A DNA stretch of 64,000 nt from Eledone cirrhosa (lineage: Eukaryota): contig OZ024740.1 in NCBI GenBank assembly GCA_964016885.1, positions 173,228,001-173,292,000 on the forward strand, in the 5' to 3' direction. Positions 14,240 through 26,714 of this stretch are shown in pieces; position 1 is the first letter of the stretch, and the number at the start of each line of letters is the position of its first letter. A model generated the notes under the pieces. That model saw only the letters and a program-made list of their open reading frames with translations. It was not told the origin of the DNA and did not search any database. The position numbers and the translations under genes are program-made.

Positions 14240-16520
14240 GATTTCGTTATTGGCCACAAGGGCTGACACCAAGAAAAACATTACAGACGGCACAGGACGG
14301 TACAGGACGGTGGGTTTTGTGCGTGTAAATATTTTTATTATTTATATAAGAAAAGAAAAAAAAATAAAGAAAAAAAAACGACATAGAAACATATATATAT
14401 ATATATATATATAAACAATAAAAATGAAAATTGAAACAATGAAAAATTCCCCCAATAGGAGGGAAACCTCCGAGGGTTACTCGTGGCGAAAACCACACAA
14501 AAGACCACGGCCACCCTGTGTCTGTCCTTAACCCTTTTAACCTTGTCCACCACACAATCTCTTTCGCCATGGCCACCAGACAGATGAAAACCGCCTGCCC
14601 TTCCTCCTCGAAGGAAGACGACGAGACCATCTGCACAATGGACTCAGTCGATAACCGGATCAGTCCTACACGCGACAGCAACTGTTCGACATAGCTCCAC
14701 AAGTCAGTAATGCTCGGGCACTGAACGAGTGCGTGCACGACGGTTTCGTCGCTCTGCGCGCATCTCGGACAGGCTCGGCTGACGGCACTTCCATGCTTGG
14801 AGAGCTCATCTCAAACCGGCAGCGCTCCCCGGTAGCACTGCCAGGCCAGGGATTTTTGGAAGTTATCCATAGGCCCTGGGCTGAAAGTTCTCCGGAAGAG
14901 AGCAAACAGCTGATCTTCTTCGACGCCCAGGATCTCTCCGAGAATATCGTCGCTCTTTCTTTCCACTAGCCCTCTATAGAACACCGAGGTGGATGTTCCA
15001 CCGATACTGGTGCCCAGCTGGCAGAGGGCAGTGAGCGCCTGGAGACATTCCAGTTTCCAAGCGCTATCCCTCGGTCTTTTTCTGACCCAGGACTGCAGCC
15101 CCGTCAAGGAGACGAGCTGTGGGAAAACGTGCCTGGCGAACGGCGACCACACCTGTTCACCGTCAAGGAAGCACCAGAGATGTCGCAGCCTCAGCGCATG
15201 TTTTCGCATCATCAGCCATGGCATGCCCAGTCCTCCACGCAACGGGTGTTGACAGCAGATGGATCGTCTGACCATGGGAGCGCGTCCCTTCCATAAAAAG
15301 CGGAAGAGGAGGTGCTCCATTTTGGTGAGAGTTGGGATGGAGTAAGGGACGACGGTGAGGCGGTAGCAGATGACGGATGCGATGTACGCATTCGCCACCT
15401 CCGCCCGGCCTTTCAGGGACAGCTTCCTCTCGGCCCATTTCTGGGTGAGGGAGGCCACCCTGCTCGTCACCTCGTTCCAGTTTTTCTCCATCTGGAGGTC
15501 CGGTCCGAACCAGACTCCGAGCAATTTAACCGGTCCGTCCGTCCAACGCCCCACGAGGCTGTCGGACGGCATGGACTTGCCTCTCCAGGTGCCGAGCTGC
15601 AAGCCCACCGACTTTTCCTGGTTTATCTTTGCTCCTGTCACCGCTTCGTATTCCTTGAGAGCGGTGCGAGCATCTGCACGTGTCTGGTGCTCGACACCAC
15701 CACGGTGACGTCGTCGGCGTAAGCCGACTCGGATTTCCCGCATCCTAGTTCGCGTGGGACGTCCCTCATCGCCCCCAGTTTGTGCAGTAACGCCTCGAGA
15801 GCCAATACGTACAAGTGGGATGAGAGGGGATAACCCTGGCGGACTGAACGCATGATGCTGAACGGCTGCGACAGGTGACCGTTCACCCTCACAACTGAGC
15901 AGATGTCGCTGTACATTGCTGCGATCCAACCCCTTAAAACGGGCCCGAAACCGGCTGCCTCGAGGACCACCGCCAGGTACCGATGTTCGACCCTGTCGAA
16001 TGCTTTGGATTGATCCAAGTTGATCAGGGCCCCACCCGTGCCAGGTTCCTTAACCACCCTCTCTATGATGTATCGCATGAGGTGTATGGATCTGTCCGGA
16101 ATGGCGCATGTATGCGCCTCTCCCACCAGACTCTTGTCGACAAGCGCCAACCTCGTTGCTAACACCTTGGCCAAAATCTTGAACTCTGCGTTTAGCAGGG
16201 TTATGGGCCTGAAATTATCGATAACATCCCCCTTATTCGGGTCTTTTCTCAGCAACGCCACTGCTCCCCGACTCACAAAACTGGGAATGCTCCCGTACTG
16301 CTGCCAGTTGCAGTAGACGTCTGCCAAGAGGTCACCGAACAAGTCTGGCATAAATGCATAAAGCTCGTAGGGCAGACCATCCAAACCTGGCGATTTACCC
16401 CTTGTGTAGTTAGCCATCGCTTCCCGTATTTCACCGGCTGTTATTGGCTTTTCGCAACACTGTGCTGCGGTCGTCGAGAGCCGAGGCAGTCCATCGAGGT
16501 ATGCACTGAAGTCTACATTC
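14240..16520 (-). mobile_element. Tx1-type LINE, 5'-truncated (RT and C-terminal Zn finger, internal deletion near 3' UTR), (ATT)n tail
   Basis: SPGLDGLP, FRPITLLN, LDQSKAFDRVEH, VRQGYPLS, AYADD; 3' motif cccttgtggccaataa. Confidence 0.9.
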
Positions 16521-18220
16521 ACCCACATTTCAGTAAATTTACTGGGGTGCAGTGCCTCTCTCTCCACTCTGATTCTCCTTCTAAAGTGGTACCTAAAGAA
16601 GGGAATGAGTTGTTGTCCGGAGAGAAAGGCATCTGCCCTCAGTCCTCTCAATCTCGTCCACCATATAACCTCTATCACCATAGCCACTATACAGAGGAAA
16701 ACTGCCTCTTTTGTTTTTGAAAGAAGTTGGCGGTTTGATCCTTACTATGGACTTGGCAGTCAACTAGATTTGTCCCATATGCGACAGCAGTTGTTCTGCG
16801 TAGTTCTATAGGATGGTTACGCCCGGGCAGTGTACAATTGCGTGCAAGACGGTTTCAATGTCCTGCTCGCATCTTGGACACGTCCTCTTGGAAGGATCCC
16901 TGCCGGGGCGTCCGTGCCTGTAGATCTTGTCTCGAACTGGTAGAGCTCCTCGGTAGCACTGCCAGGCCAGGGACCTCTGGAAGTTGTCCATAGGTCCCGG
17001 GCGGAAAGTCCTACCAAACGGACTGGTGAGTTCGTCGTCTTCGACATCTAAAGTCTCTCCGGGCACTTCTTCGCCCTTGTGACGTATTAACCCTCTATAG
17101 AATGTCGAAGTGGAGTCTCCACTGATTGCTGTGCCCGCTTGACAGAGGACTGTGAGCGCCTGAGCGCATTCAATGTGCCAGGCGCCCATCTTCTTCGGTC
17201 TCCGCTTGACCCAAGACTGTAGCTCCGTCAGCGAGACAAGTTGCGGGAAATGCCTGTCTCACAAACGGTGCCCACACCGGTTGGGGGTCGGTGAGGAATA
17301 CCTGTAGATGCCGTAGCCTCAGCGCATGTTTGCGCATCATCAGCCACGGCATTCCCAGCCCTCCGTTGGAAGGGTGCTAACAGCAGACGGATCTCCTCAC
17401 CAGTGGAGCCTGCTTCTTCCAAAGGAACTGGAAGAGTATGCGTTCCATCTTGGTGAGGTGTTCATGGGGCCAAGGCACGACAGTCAAGCGGTAGTAGATG
17501 ATGGACGCTATGAAAGTGTTCGCCACCTCCGCTCGACCTTTCAAGGATAGTTTGCACTCTGCCCACTTCTGGGTGAGCGTAAATACCTTGGCCGTGACCT
17601 CGTTCCAGTTTTTCTCCACCTGGAGGTCTGGACCGAACCAGACCCTGAACAATTTCACCGGTCCGTCCATCCAGCGTCCGACAACGCTGTCAGACGGCAT
17701 CGGTTTGCCTGTTCACGTTCCGAGTTGCAAACCGACAGACTTGTCCGGGTTTAGTTTTGCTCCTGTGAGCCTTTCGTATTCCTGCAGTAAGTTGCCGATC
17801 ACACCGATTTCCGAGGTTTCCGACACCATTACCGTCACGTCGTCGGCATAAGCCGACCCCGCTTTCCGCAGTCCCGGTTCCAACGGGATGCCCTGCAGCT
17901 GCTCCAACTTCCGCAGTAGTGGCTCTAGAGTCAGTACGTACAGAATGGAGGAGAGAGGGCATCCCTGTCGGATGGAACGCGATATTGCGAACGGCTCCGA
18001 TAGGTAGCCGTTCACCTTAACCACCGAGCAGATGTTGGTGCGTATTGCGGCGATCCAACCTCTGAAGACGAGTCCGAAACCGGCCGCCTTGAGAACCGCT
18101 TCCAAGTATCGATGGTCGACCCTATCGAACGCCTTAGACTGATCTAAATTGATCAGAACCCCACCGAGGCCGGGTTTACACCCCACCCTATCTATGATGT
18201 ATCGCATGAGGTGGAGGTTG
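16521..18220 (-). mobile_element. Tx1-type LINE fragment (RT C-half to C-terminus), frameshifted
   Basis: LDQSKAFDRVDH, IRQGCPLS, AYADD, CPRC..ETVLHAIVHC. Confidence 0.9.
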
Positions 18221-18469
18221 AGATAAATAGATAACTTTTTTTTTTATTTTTTTTTTTAGATAAATAGATAGATAGATAGATAGATAGATATATTTCTTTA
18301 TTTACCATAAAGGCATAAAAAGAAGGGACAAATACAAAGGGGGAGTTTACATAAAATCGAGTAAAAAGGGTATAAAATGAAAATAATCGAAAACAACCTC
18401 AAAAGGGAGGGGACGTGATGGGGGTTGCACACACCCCCGAAAAAGTGTGCAATCGTTTGCCCGGGGAGC

Positions 18470-21400
18470 ACATGGAGAAGGTGCTCCCCTCTCCTTCACT
18501 TCTTTACCTACAGGATGGTATACAGAGAAGGCCCATTTACACGAGCCATTCTCGCCACTATCACCCACCTTTCATAAAACTGCCTGTGGCCAAGCACCTC
18601 TCTCTCTCCATTCTTATCCTTCTTCCGAAGTGATATCGGAAGAAGTAGACCAGACTATGGCCAGAGAGGAAGTTGCCTAACCTCAGACCTTTCAATCGGG
18701 TCCACCAAACAACCTCTTTCAACATGGCTATTACGCACAGAAAAACCTCCTTTGCTTCCTTTGTGAAGAGGGGGGAGCTTGATTGTCATCACGGACTCGG
18801 CGGTCAATCGAATCGGAGCCACCCGCGACAGCAGTCGTTCGGCGTAGCCCCACAGATCAGCCACGCCCGGACATTGCACCAATGCGTGCGCAATGGTTTC
18901 TTCGTGACGCACGCATCTAGGGCGAATCTTTTTCGAGGGAACCCTGCCCGAGCGCCCGTGTCTGTAGAGCCTCTCTCGAACGGGTAGAGCCCCCCGGTAG
19001 CACTGCCAGGCTAGTGACTTCTAGAAGTTGTCCATTGGTCCCGGGCCGAAAGTCCTACCGAACAGGCTGGCCAGTTCGTCCTTTTCCATGTCCAGCGACT
19101 CTCCAAGGGTGTCATCGCCCCTGCTAGCCACCAGCCCTCTATAGAATGATGAGGTGGATTCTCCACCGATGGCCTGGCCCGCTTGCCAGAGAGCCCTGAG
19201 CGCCTGGGCACACTCAGTGTGCTAGTCTCCCAGTTTTCCGGATCTTTGCTTGACCCAGAACTGCAGCTCGGTGAGCGAGACGAGTCTCGGAAAGGCTCGT
19301 TTCACGAACGGAGCCCACACCGGTTGACCAGTGAGGAATACCTGTAGGTGCCGTAGCCTTAATGCGTGCCTACGCATTATCAACCACGGCATCTCCAGCC
19401 CTCCTTTCGAAGGTTGTTGGCAGCAGATGGATCTTCTCATCATAGGAGAGCGCTTCTTCCAAAGAAATTGGAAGAGCATGCGTTCCATGGTGGTGAGTGT
19501 TTCCTTAGGGCAAGGCACGACAGTCAGGCGGTAGTAAGTGACGGACGCTATGTAAATGTTCGCCACCTCCGCCCGACCTTTTAGGGACAGCTTACACTTG
19601 GCCCATTTCTGGGTTAGTGTAAACACCTTGTTCGTAACCTCGTCCCAGTTCTTTTCCACCTGGAGGTCCGGTCCAAACCAGACCCCAAGCAACTTCACCG
19701 GGCCCTCCGTCCAGTGTCCGACGACACCGTCGGGAGGCATCAGTCTGCCTCTCCACGTTCCGAGTTGCAGCCCGATGGATTTTTCCCGGTTCAGTTTCGC
19801 TCCTGACAACCTTTCGTAATCCTCCAGTAAGGTACCGATCGCCTCGATCTCCGAGTCGGTCGATACCATTACTGTTACGTCATCGGCGTAAGCCGACACC
19901 GCTTTGCTCAATCCTGGTTCCAGGGGGATACCCTGCAACAACTCCAACTTCCTCAGTAAAGGCTCGAGAGTCAATACGTACAGAAGGGAGGAGAGAGGGC
20001 ACCCCTGTCGAATGGATCGTGTGATTTCGAACGGCTTCGAAAGGTAGCCGTTCACCTTGATCATAGAACAGATGTGGTTGCTATGTAAGGCAGTGATCCA
20101 GCCTCTGAAAACAGGACCGAACCCAGCCGCCGCTAGCACCGCATCCAGGTAACCATGGTCGACCCTATCGAAGGCCTTAGACTGATCCAAGTTGATCAGG
20201 GCCCCACCGAAGCCGGGTTTGTTGCCAACCCTCTCTATGATGTATCGCATGAGGTGGAGGTTATCGTGAATGGACCTGGATGGGATAGCACATGTCTGCG
20301 CATCTCCCACCAGGCCACCCACGACAAGCGCCAACCTCTTTGCTAACACCTTGGCCAAAATCTTTAACTCTGTGTTTAGCAGGGTTATGGGCCGAAAATT
20401 ATTTATACTATCCCCCTTGTTCTCGTCCTTCCTCACCAGCGAGACTACGCCCTTGGCTACAGAACAAGGAATTCTCCCGTTCTGCTGCCAATTGCAGTAG
20501 ACCGCTTCGAGGAGTTCGGAGAAGAAGACCGGCATTGCTAAATAAAGTTCGTAAGGTATACCATCGAGACCTGGAGATTTGCGTCTGCTGCATTGGCTCA
20601 GCGCATCCTCGATCTCATCAGCCGAGATTGGTCCCTCGCAGGACTCTGCCTCTTCGCTCGAGAGATGCGGCAGGCCGTCGAGGTATGGACCGAAATCCAC
20701 GTCCCCGCCCGGACCCTCGCCTCCCCCGAATAATCGGGCAAAGTGCCTTTGAAAGGCCTCGCACATCTGCTTAGGCTCCCGGATCACCCGTCCATCCTCG
20801 TCTTGCAAAGACCGGATGGTGGATCGATTTCCACTCTTAGCTTCTGTCACGCGGGCCCAGCCAACGGCTTTGGCCCCCTCATTACCTAGAGCACGTATTT
20901 TACTTCGAATGACGCAGCCTTCGTGCTTTGCATCGAAAAACTGGTTCAAGGCCGTCCTCGATGCCAGCACTCTGGCCACATCTTCGCTCTTGATTGCTTC
21001 TTCTAATTTACCTGTTAATTCTTTCTCGTTTCTATTCCTATCGGCAGCTAACATCTTGCTATAACTTATTGATTCTGTTCTAATCTCTCTTTTGAGAGAT
21101 GCCCACCATCGGTTGTTGACGATTGCACCCGTCAACCTCTCCTTAACTAATCTGCTAATCCGGTTTCTGTAAGTCTCTTTTGCCGGTAAAGACAAATTAA
21201 GTTTCCAGTAACCGGGACCCTGTTTATGTGTTTTCTCGAGATTGACTACGCAGGTCACTAATTTGTGATCCGTATAGCCAACCGTGAGCATTTCTGGACA
21301 GCTTAATATGTCCCTATCCTTACTCTAACTAAGAATCTATCTAAGTACGATCTAGATTGACCACTGTGGTTCGTCCAAGTCCAGGTTGGCACAGTTGGAA

Positions 21401-21944
21401 AATCTAGTCGATATCTATCGACCAAGTTAAAACGATCGAGTAACCCCTTGAGGCTGTTACACCCCCCTCTATTAGGACATGCTCCTGCATAGTCCCAACG
21501 TGCATCTAGGATGTCATTCCAATCCCCCGCTAGAAGCAGGGAACGCGACGTTCCCAGAAAAGTCTCCAAACGCTGGAAGAAGTCGGGCCGTTCAGCTCCG
21601 AAAGGGGAGTAGACGGCGACCAGTCTCAAGGCCGCACCTTCACTACTGCCAACGTCTAGCACCAACAAACGACCCTCCGGGTCCGAGTGAACAACCTGTA
21701 CGGCGAGACCCAGGTGTTTTTCCAGCAGTACGACAACCCCACCCCCACCTCCATGTTGACAGAATGATGCATGCACCTCAAAGTCATCGAAGGCAGGGGC
21801 CAGCTGCCGCACGACGCTGATCCGAGTCTCACAGATAACCATTACATTTATACCACGTGACCTGAGGTCATTTAGAAGCTTTGCTTGCTTCCAAGTTGAG
21901 CCCAGGCCACGTGCATTCCAACATCCTACTCTTAACACATCCAT
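18470..21944 (-). pseudogene. Tx1 ORF2: AP endonuclease, reverse transcriptase, Zn finger (frameshifted)
   Basis: WNARGL, ICET, AGDWN, SYLDRF, TDHK (APE); RT motifs in ORF 19222-21291; HALVQC. Confidence 0.92.
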
Positions 21945-21977
21945 GTGGGCGGCAAAGCCAAAGGAGAGTGTAGAGAC

Positions 21978-23930
21978 CTACCTTTCTGTTTCCCGGGGTT
22001 CGGGTCGCACGACTTCCATGGTGTCGGGGGTGTTGGGTGAAGGGGTGTCTTGTGGTGGTGTGGGGTCGTCAGTGTGTGGTGGGGTTGGGGTGTTTGGAGT
22101 TGTGTTGGGGAGGGGAAGGGGAGGGGGAAAGCTTTTTAGTAGGACGCGGTTTATGGGTTTGACAGAGGGTGGTCCTACGTCCTCCTTAAAATCCTTTTTT
22201 AGTTTTTGGCAGAGGTTCATTGGGATCTTTATTAATTTTAAATGTGGGTAGTTTTCTGAAGAAACAAAGTTTACACCTTCGGTTTGTACCGAAGGATTAT
22301 TGTTTATGAGTTTATTTAATTTATTATTGTTTCTGTTGATGTAAGTATAGTGTAATGTCTTTTTTTCGGATGGTGTGAGTGTTTCGAAGAGGGGAGGGCA
22401 GGTTTGGTTTTGTTTGTTGCTGGAGGGGTGTTTTGTGTTTTGTTGGATTGTGTTGACATTTGGGTAGGGGTTGTTTGGCCTTGTGTGTTTTGCACATGTT
22501 TTCTTTTTTTCCTTTTAATCTGTCTGAAGGACTCCGTTTCTTCCTCCGAATTCGTTGGGTTATCTTCAGTGTTGGAGGGAAGAGGTATGTTTGCTGGTAA
22601 TGTTTCCGTGTTGGTTTTCTTTGTGGGGAAGATGGATGTCACTATGTTAGACTGTGTTGTGTGTTGTGGCTGCGGTGGTTGTGTTGTTTTATTGAGTGAG
22701 GGGTTGGGTGGGACTGTATTTTGTTTTTGGGTAATGTGTTGTGACTGTTTGTGTTGTGGTGGTGGTGTAGTTTTACTGAGGGACGGGTTGGGTGGGACTG
22801 AGTTTTGTTGTTTGTTTATCTGTTGTGGTGGTGGTGGAGCTGGTGCTGGTAGCAGGGTTTTCTTTTTGTTGAGTTGGGGACAAGCCGCCTTCAGGTGCCC
22901 TCTGCCTGCACAGATATGACAGGACGGCCTTCTCCCCTCCACGCTAATGTTTATATACCCGTGGCCCTCTAATAGGATTCTGTCGGGTATTTGGGCGATG
23001 CGTTCAGGCTTCATTTGCACTACAAGTTCTATACCTGTTCCACTGAACGCATTGCCTGTGGTTTTCCCAATGGAAATCACGTTGTCATTCGCTGGATCGA
23101 TGAAGCCAGCTATGAGCCAGCAGTAGTCCACATCTGGCATCATTGCATCCAGCCATATGCGCTGAGTTCTTTTACCCATATAAGATGGATAAAAGGTAAA
23201 ATTTGTCGAACGAATCGGTGACAAAGCACATTTTTTTGCCGCCGATTCGTTCTTCATAATAATCGCTAGGCTTCCATACAGTCTGTCTCTTCTTATGAAA
23301 GTGGTTTCATTAAGCACTTCTGTAAGTACTGCTTTGATTTCTGTTTATGTTGGCTGTTGAGGTTTGTTTGAAATGTTGTTGATGGTGCGGAAAACGACCG
23401 TCCGACTTTCAATGTCTTTGGTGAGTTTTTGAGGCATTTTTACCGATAAAATACCATTTTCTCCTTCAGTTATGTATTGTTTGGCGTCTGTAATTCTTTG
23501 TGCCACATCTGAAATATTTTCAGGTATATATGTCAAAGATTTCTTTGTTGTTTGTGCAAATGAAATATTATTGGTGTTGACTTTGTCGTCTGCTTTGCTT
23601 TCTGTTATGATGTTGTTTTCAAATGTTATTTTTGTGTTTGTCGTGTCTTTGTTTGTGGTATTAATAGTGTCATGCAATTTTTCAAATTTCTTTTTTTTCG
23701 TTGTTGAAATCAATGTCCAGATTTGGTTTTTCGTCATTTTTCTCCGCAGATTCGTCTGTTTTTATTTTATTTTTTCCTTCCTTCTCTATGACGTTAGTTG
23801 GGAAGGAGGGGGGGGGGACTAAAGCGTGCGAGCTTACAACTCTTACCGTTGTCCCCCCACCACTATTTTCGTTAGCTTCGTTTAACATTTCTGTCAGACG
23901 ATTGAAATTTTTTATGCCACAAAATTTTTA
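21978..23930 (-). pseudogene. Tx1 ORF1 (gag-like, CCHC knuckle, Pro/Thr/Gln-rich linker), disrupted
   Basis: CHICAGRGHLKAAC; FYPSYMGKRT aligns with MYPSHMGKRT of the 58 kb element; position upstream of ORF2. Confidence 0.85.
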
Positions 23931-24121
23931 AAAATAGGTTTTTCACCCCTGGGGGGGGGCAAAGATGAAATGACACACCGCCTGACAGTTCAGACGGGGG
24001 GGGGGGTCAAGCTACACAATAGTATCAAAATTAAAATTGAACTTACAAAATTTCCGCAATAAATTTGAACAAAACTTCTGCGCGAAGTGAATTACATCTA
24101 CACTGTAGAACAGACGACAGC

Positions 24122-24205
<84 letters not shown>

Positions 24206-24454
24206 CAGAGAGAGGGAGGGGAGAGAGAGAGAGATAAAGAAAGAAAAAAAGAAAGAAAGAAAGAAGGAAAGGGATTGTGGAGAAGAAGAAAATAAAACAG
24301 AAAAATCCGAAGAGTGAGGGTGAAAAAGATGCTGATAGGTTAAGAGGAAAGAATAAGGTTTTCTCTTGCCACCCTACTGGTTTTAAGGAAATAACGTTAG
24401 AAGAGCATTAAGGAAAGAAGAAAATATCAGAGAAATGGACGGAGAAAAAATATT

Positions 24455-24574
24455 TGTTTCTACTTTTGGCACAAGGCCAGCAATTATACCAGCAGTGTAT
24501 TACTGGTACTTTATTTTATCAACCCCGTAAGGATGAAAGGCAAAGTTAATCTCGGCGGGATTTGAACTCAGATC

Positions 24575-24577
<3 letters not shown>
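24455..24577 (-). mobile_element. 5'-truncated SINE
   Basis: gtttctacttttggcacaaggcc...cggcgggatttgaactcaga. Confidence 0.9.
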
Positions 24578-24635
<58 letters not shown>

Positions 24636-25162
24636 GAGGGAGGGAAAGAGAAAGAGAGTAAACAAGAACGAGAAAAGAGTGTAAATGCCACAAAGAGAAC
24701 GAAAAAGAGCGAGAATAAGAATAAGTGAGACGGTGAAGTTCATTCATTATCATCTCACCCACAAAAACTTGGAAACAGCTATTATCATTGTGATAAACTA
24801 TAGGCTAAAACGTGATCCATTCTGACACACACACACACACATATACACGCATATAGACACTCGCGTGCGCGCTCATACACACAGAGGCATGTTTGCACAC
24901 ATACACATTAACACTGACGCACGTGCGCGCGCAGACTGAGAATTGGGAGCATCAACAAGTGACAGATAAGACATGCAATGTCAAGGAGAAATATTTTGAA
25001 GTGAGTGACCTCGTGACGACTGTACGTACTTTATAACTGTCCAAACACCACTTCATCTGACGTACCTCACACATAGCGGTCTCTCCTACATCTCTTCGTT
25101 TTATGTTTTGGATTTTTAATTGCTTTTTTGTCTATTCATCCTGTCTAACTATCTCATCCTTG

Positions 25163-25232
<70 letters not shown>

Positions 25233-25365
25233 CTCTCTCTCCCCGTCTCTCTCTCTCTGTTCTGTCTTAGTAGTAAAACTACGCAACGTTTTAGACACCA
25301 TGTACTTTCGGCAACGTAATGGTCTGTATAATTTATGATCAATATCCTCTCTTATTCCAAAGAAA

Positions 25366-25465
25366 TCTCCCAAGAAGACAGAACATTATTCTTTCAATAT
25401 TGGTAGTTCCAATAATTTGAAACTGCCAGTATTGTTTCTTTGTTCCAGAAACCATGGTAGGGAGA
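25366..25465 (+). ncRNA. Degenerate type I hammerhead
   Basis: tctccc AAGAAGA (ca)gaaca...tgttc(ca) GAAA ccatgg TA gggaga; 6 bp stem I, core CU mutated. Confidence 0.55.
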
Positions 25466-25493
25466 CTATTATATGTGTTAAACTAACTTATTT

Positions 25494-25592
25494 AATCCAT
25501 GGGCTGAACATCAGAGACATGAGGGCGACCGAACATTTAGCAGCTTCTAGCCCCGGTCGCCCTCATGTCTCTGATTTTCAGCCCCATGGATT
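25494..25592. repeat. Hairpin with ~38 bp arms between two HHR motifs
   Basis: aatccatgggctgaacatcagagacatgagggcgaccg / cggtcgccctcatgtctctgattttcagccccatggatt. Confidence 0.85.
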
Positions 25593-25623
25593 TTGTCTAT
25601 TATATTCCTTTGTTATATTTCGA

Positions 25624-25681
25624 ATACCTGATGATGTCACCGGATTCATACTGAACCCGGTCATTGAAATGATCATAGTAT
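25624..25681 (+). ncRNA. Type I hammerhead ribozyme
   Basis: atac CTGATGA tgtcaccgg..ccggtcatt GAAA tgatca TA gtat. Confidence 0.75.
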
Positions 25682-25869
25682 AATAAACCTTTTAAGGAAT
25701 TACACCAGTCCAGCCTCCTGTTATTTTATAATAATTAACTCCGTACTCGCACCACCAACTACACAAACGAAGACGGGTGAGTTACATTACGTTGAGTGCT
25801 CTCCATAATATTACATCGAGGTTGACCATACGGAATGACCAGTTCTATCCAGTGGTGAACCAACAAACC

Positions 25870-25918
<49 letters not shown>

Positions 25919-26016
25919 GAAAGTATAGAAATTATTGTGAGCGTGAAGCCAACAGTATTTCATAATATATAAGTGACTATAACATCAAAATGGAAAATAA
26001 TTAACGTAAGATGTGG

Positions 26017-26113
<97 letters not shown>

Positions 26114-26179
26114 GAAGAGAGAAGGAACATTTAGATATAATTAGTAATAAAATATATCATACCTAAACTGCTCCTAGAT

Positions 26180-26269
26180 TCCTCGACTACGTAGTTTCGT
26201 GGCATAAACAAAAACAGTACATCATAAAGATATAGAGCCTTTGCGAGGTCTGCCGACTTATCAAGAGGA
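26180..26269 (-). ncRNA. Degenerate type I hammerhead
   Basis: Minus strand: tcctc TTGATAA gtcggca...tgccac GAAA ctacgtag TC gagga. Confidence 0.55.
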
Positions 26270-26588
26270 TACCTCATTTTATAGCTTCAAGAACGCGTCT
26301 ACACGACGTGAGAAAGAATCCCAATACATATATATAAAGATGGTGTAGATATACAATACAACAGGAGAAACATAATAGTACCACTGATGATGTTGCAGCG
26401 AAAGAACTTTGTTAGACTATATATATGTGTTTATATCTATATTATATCAGTAATTTTGACCGTTGGTCAGTCAATGGTAAACATTGAGGACCGAATGAAT
26501 TAACTGTGGAGATATAAAAGATACAGAAGCGAAAACCAACCAAACAATGAGTGTGTTCTGTTATTATTTCCGGCAATTCCCCAAGTAT

Positions 26589-26713
<125 letters not shown>

Positions 26714-26714
26714 A

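Larger units (their letters stand above)
18291..24121 (-). mobile_element. Near full-length Tx1-type LINE (~5.8 kb) flanked by (GATA)n on both sides
   Basis: ORF1 pieces 23930-21978, ORF2 from 21944; GATA runs at 18258-18290 and 24122-24205. Confidence 0.92.

Noticed and set aside
15638-16687. 349 aa ORF with permuted domain order
   Set aside because: It spans the junction of two Tx1 copies at ~16520
26381-26420. CTGATGA...GAAA here, and similar partial matches at ~1260 and ~59695
   Set aside because: Stems I and III cannot be formed convincingly, so these are not counted as hammerheads
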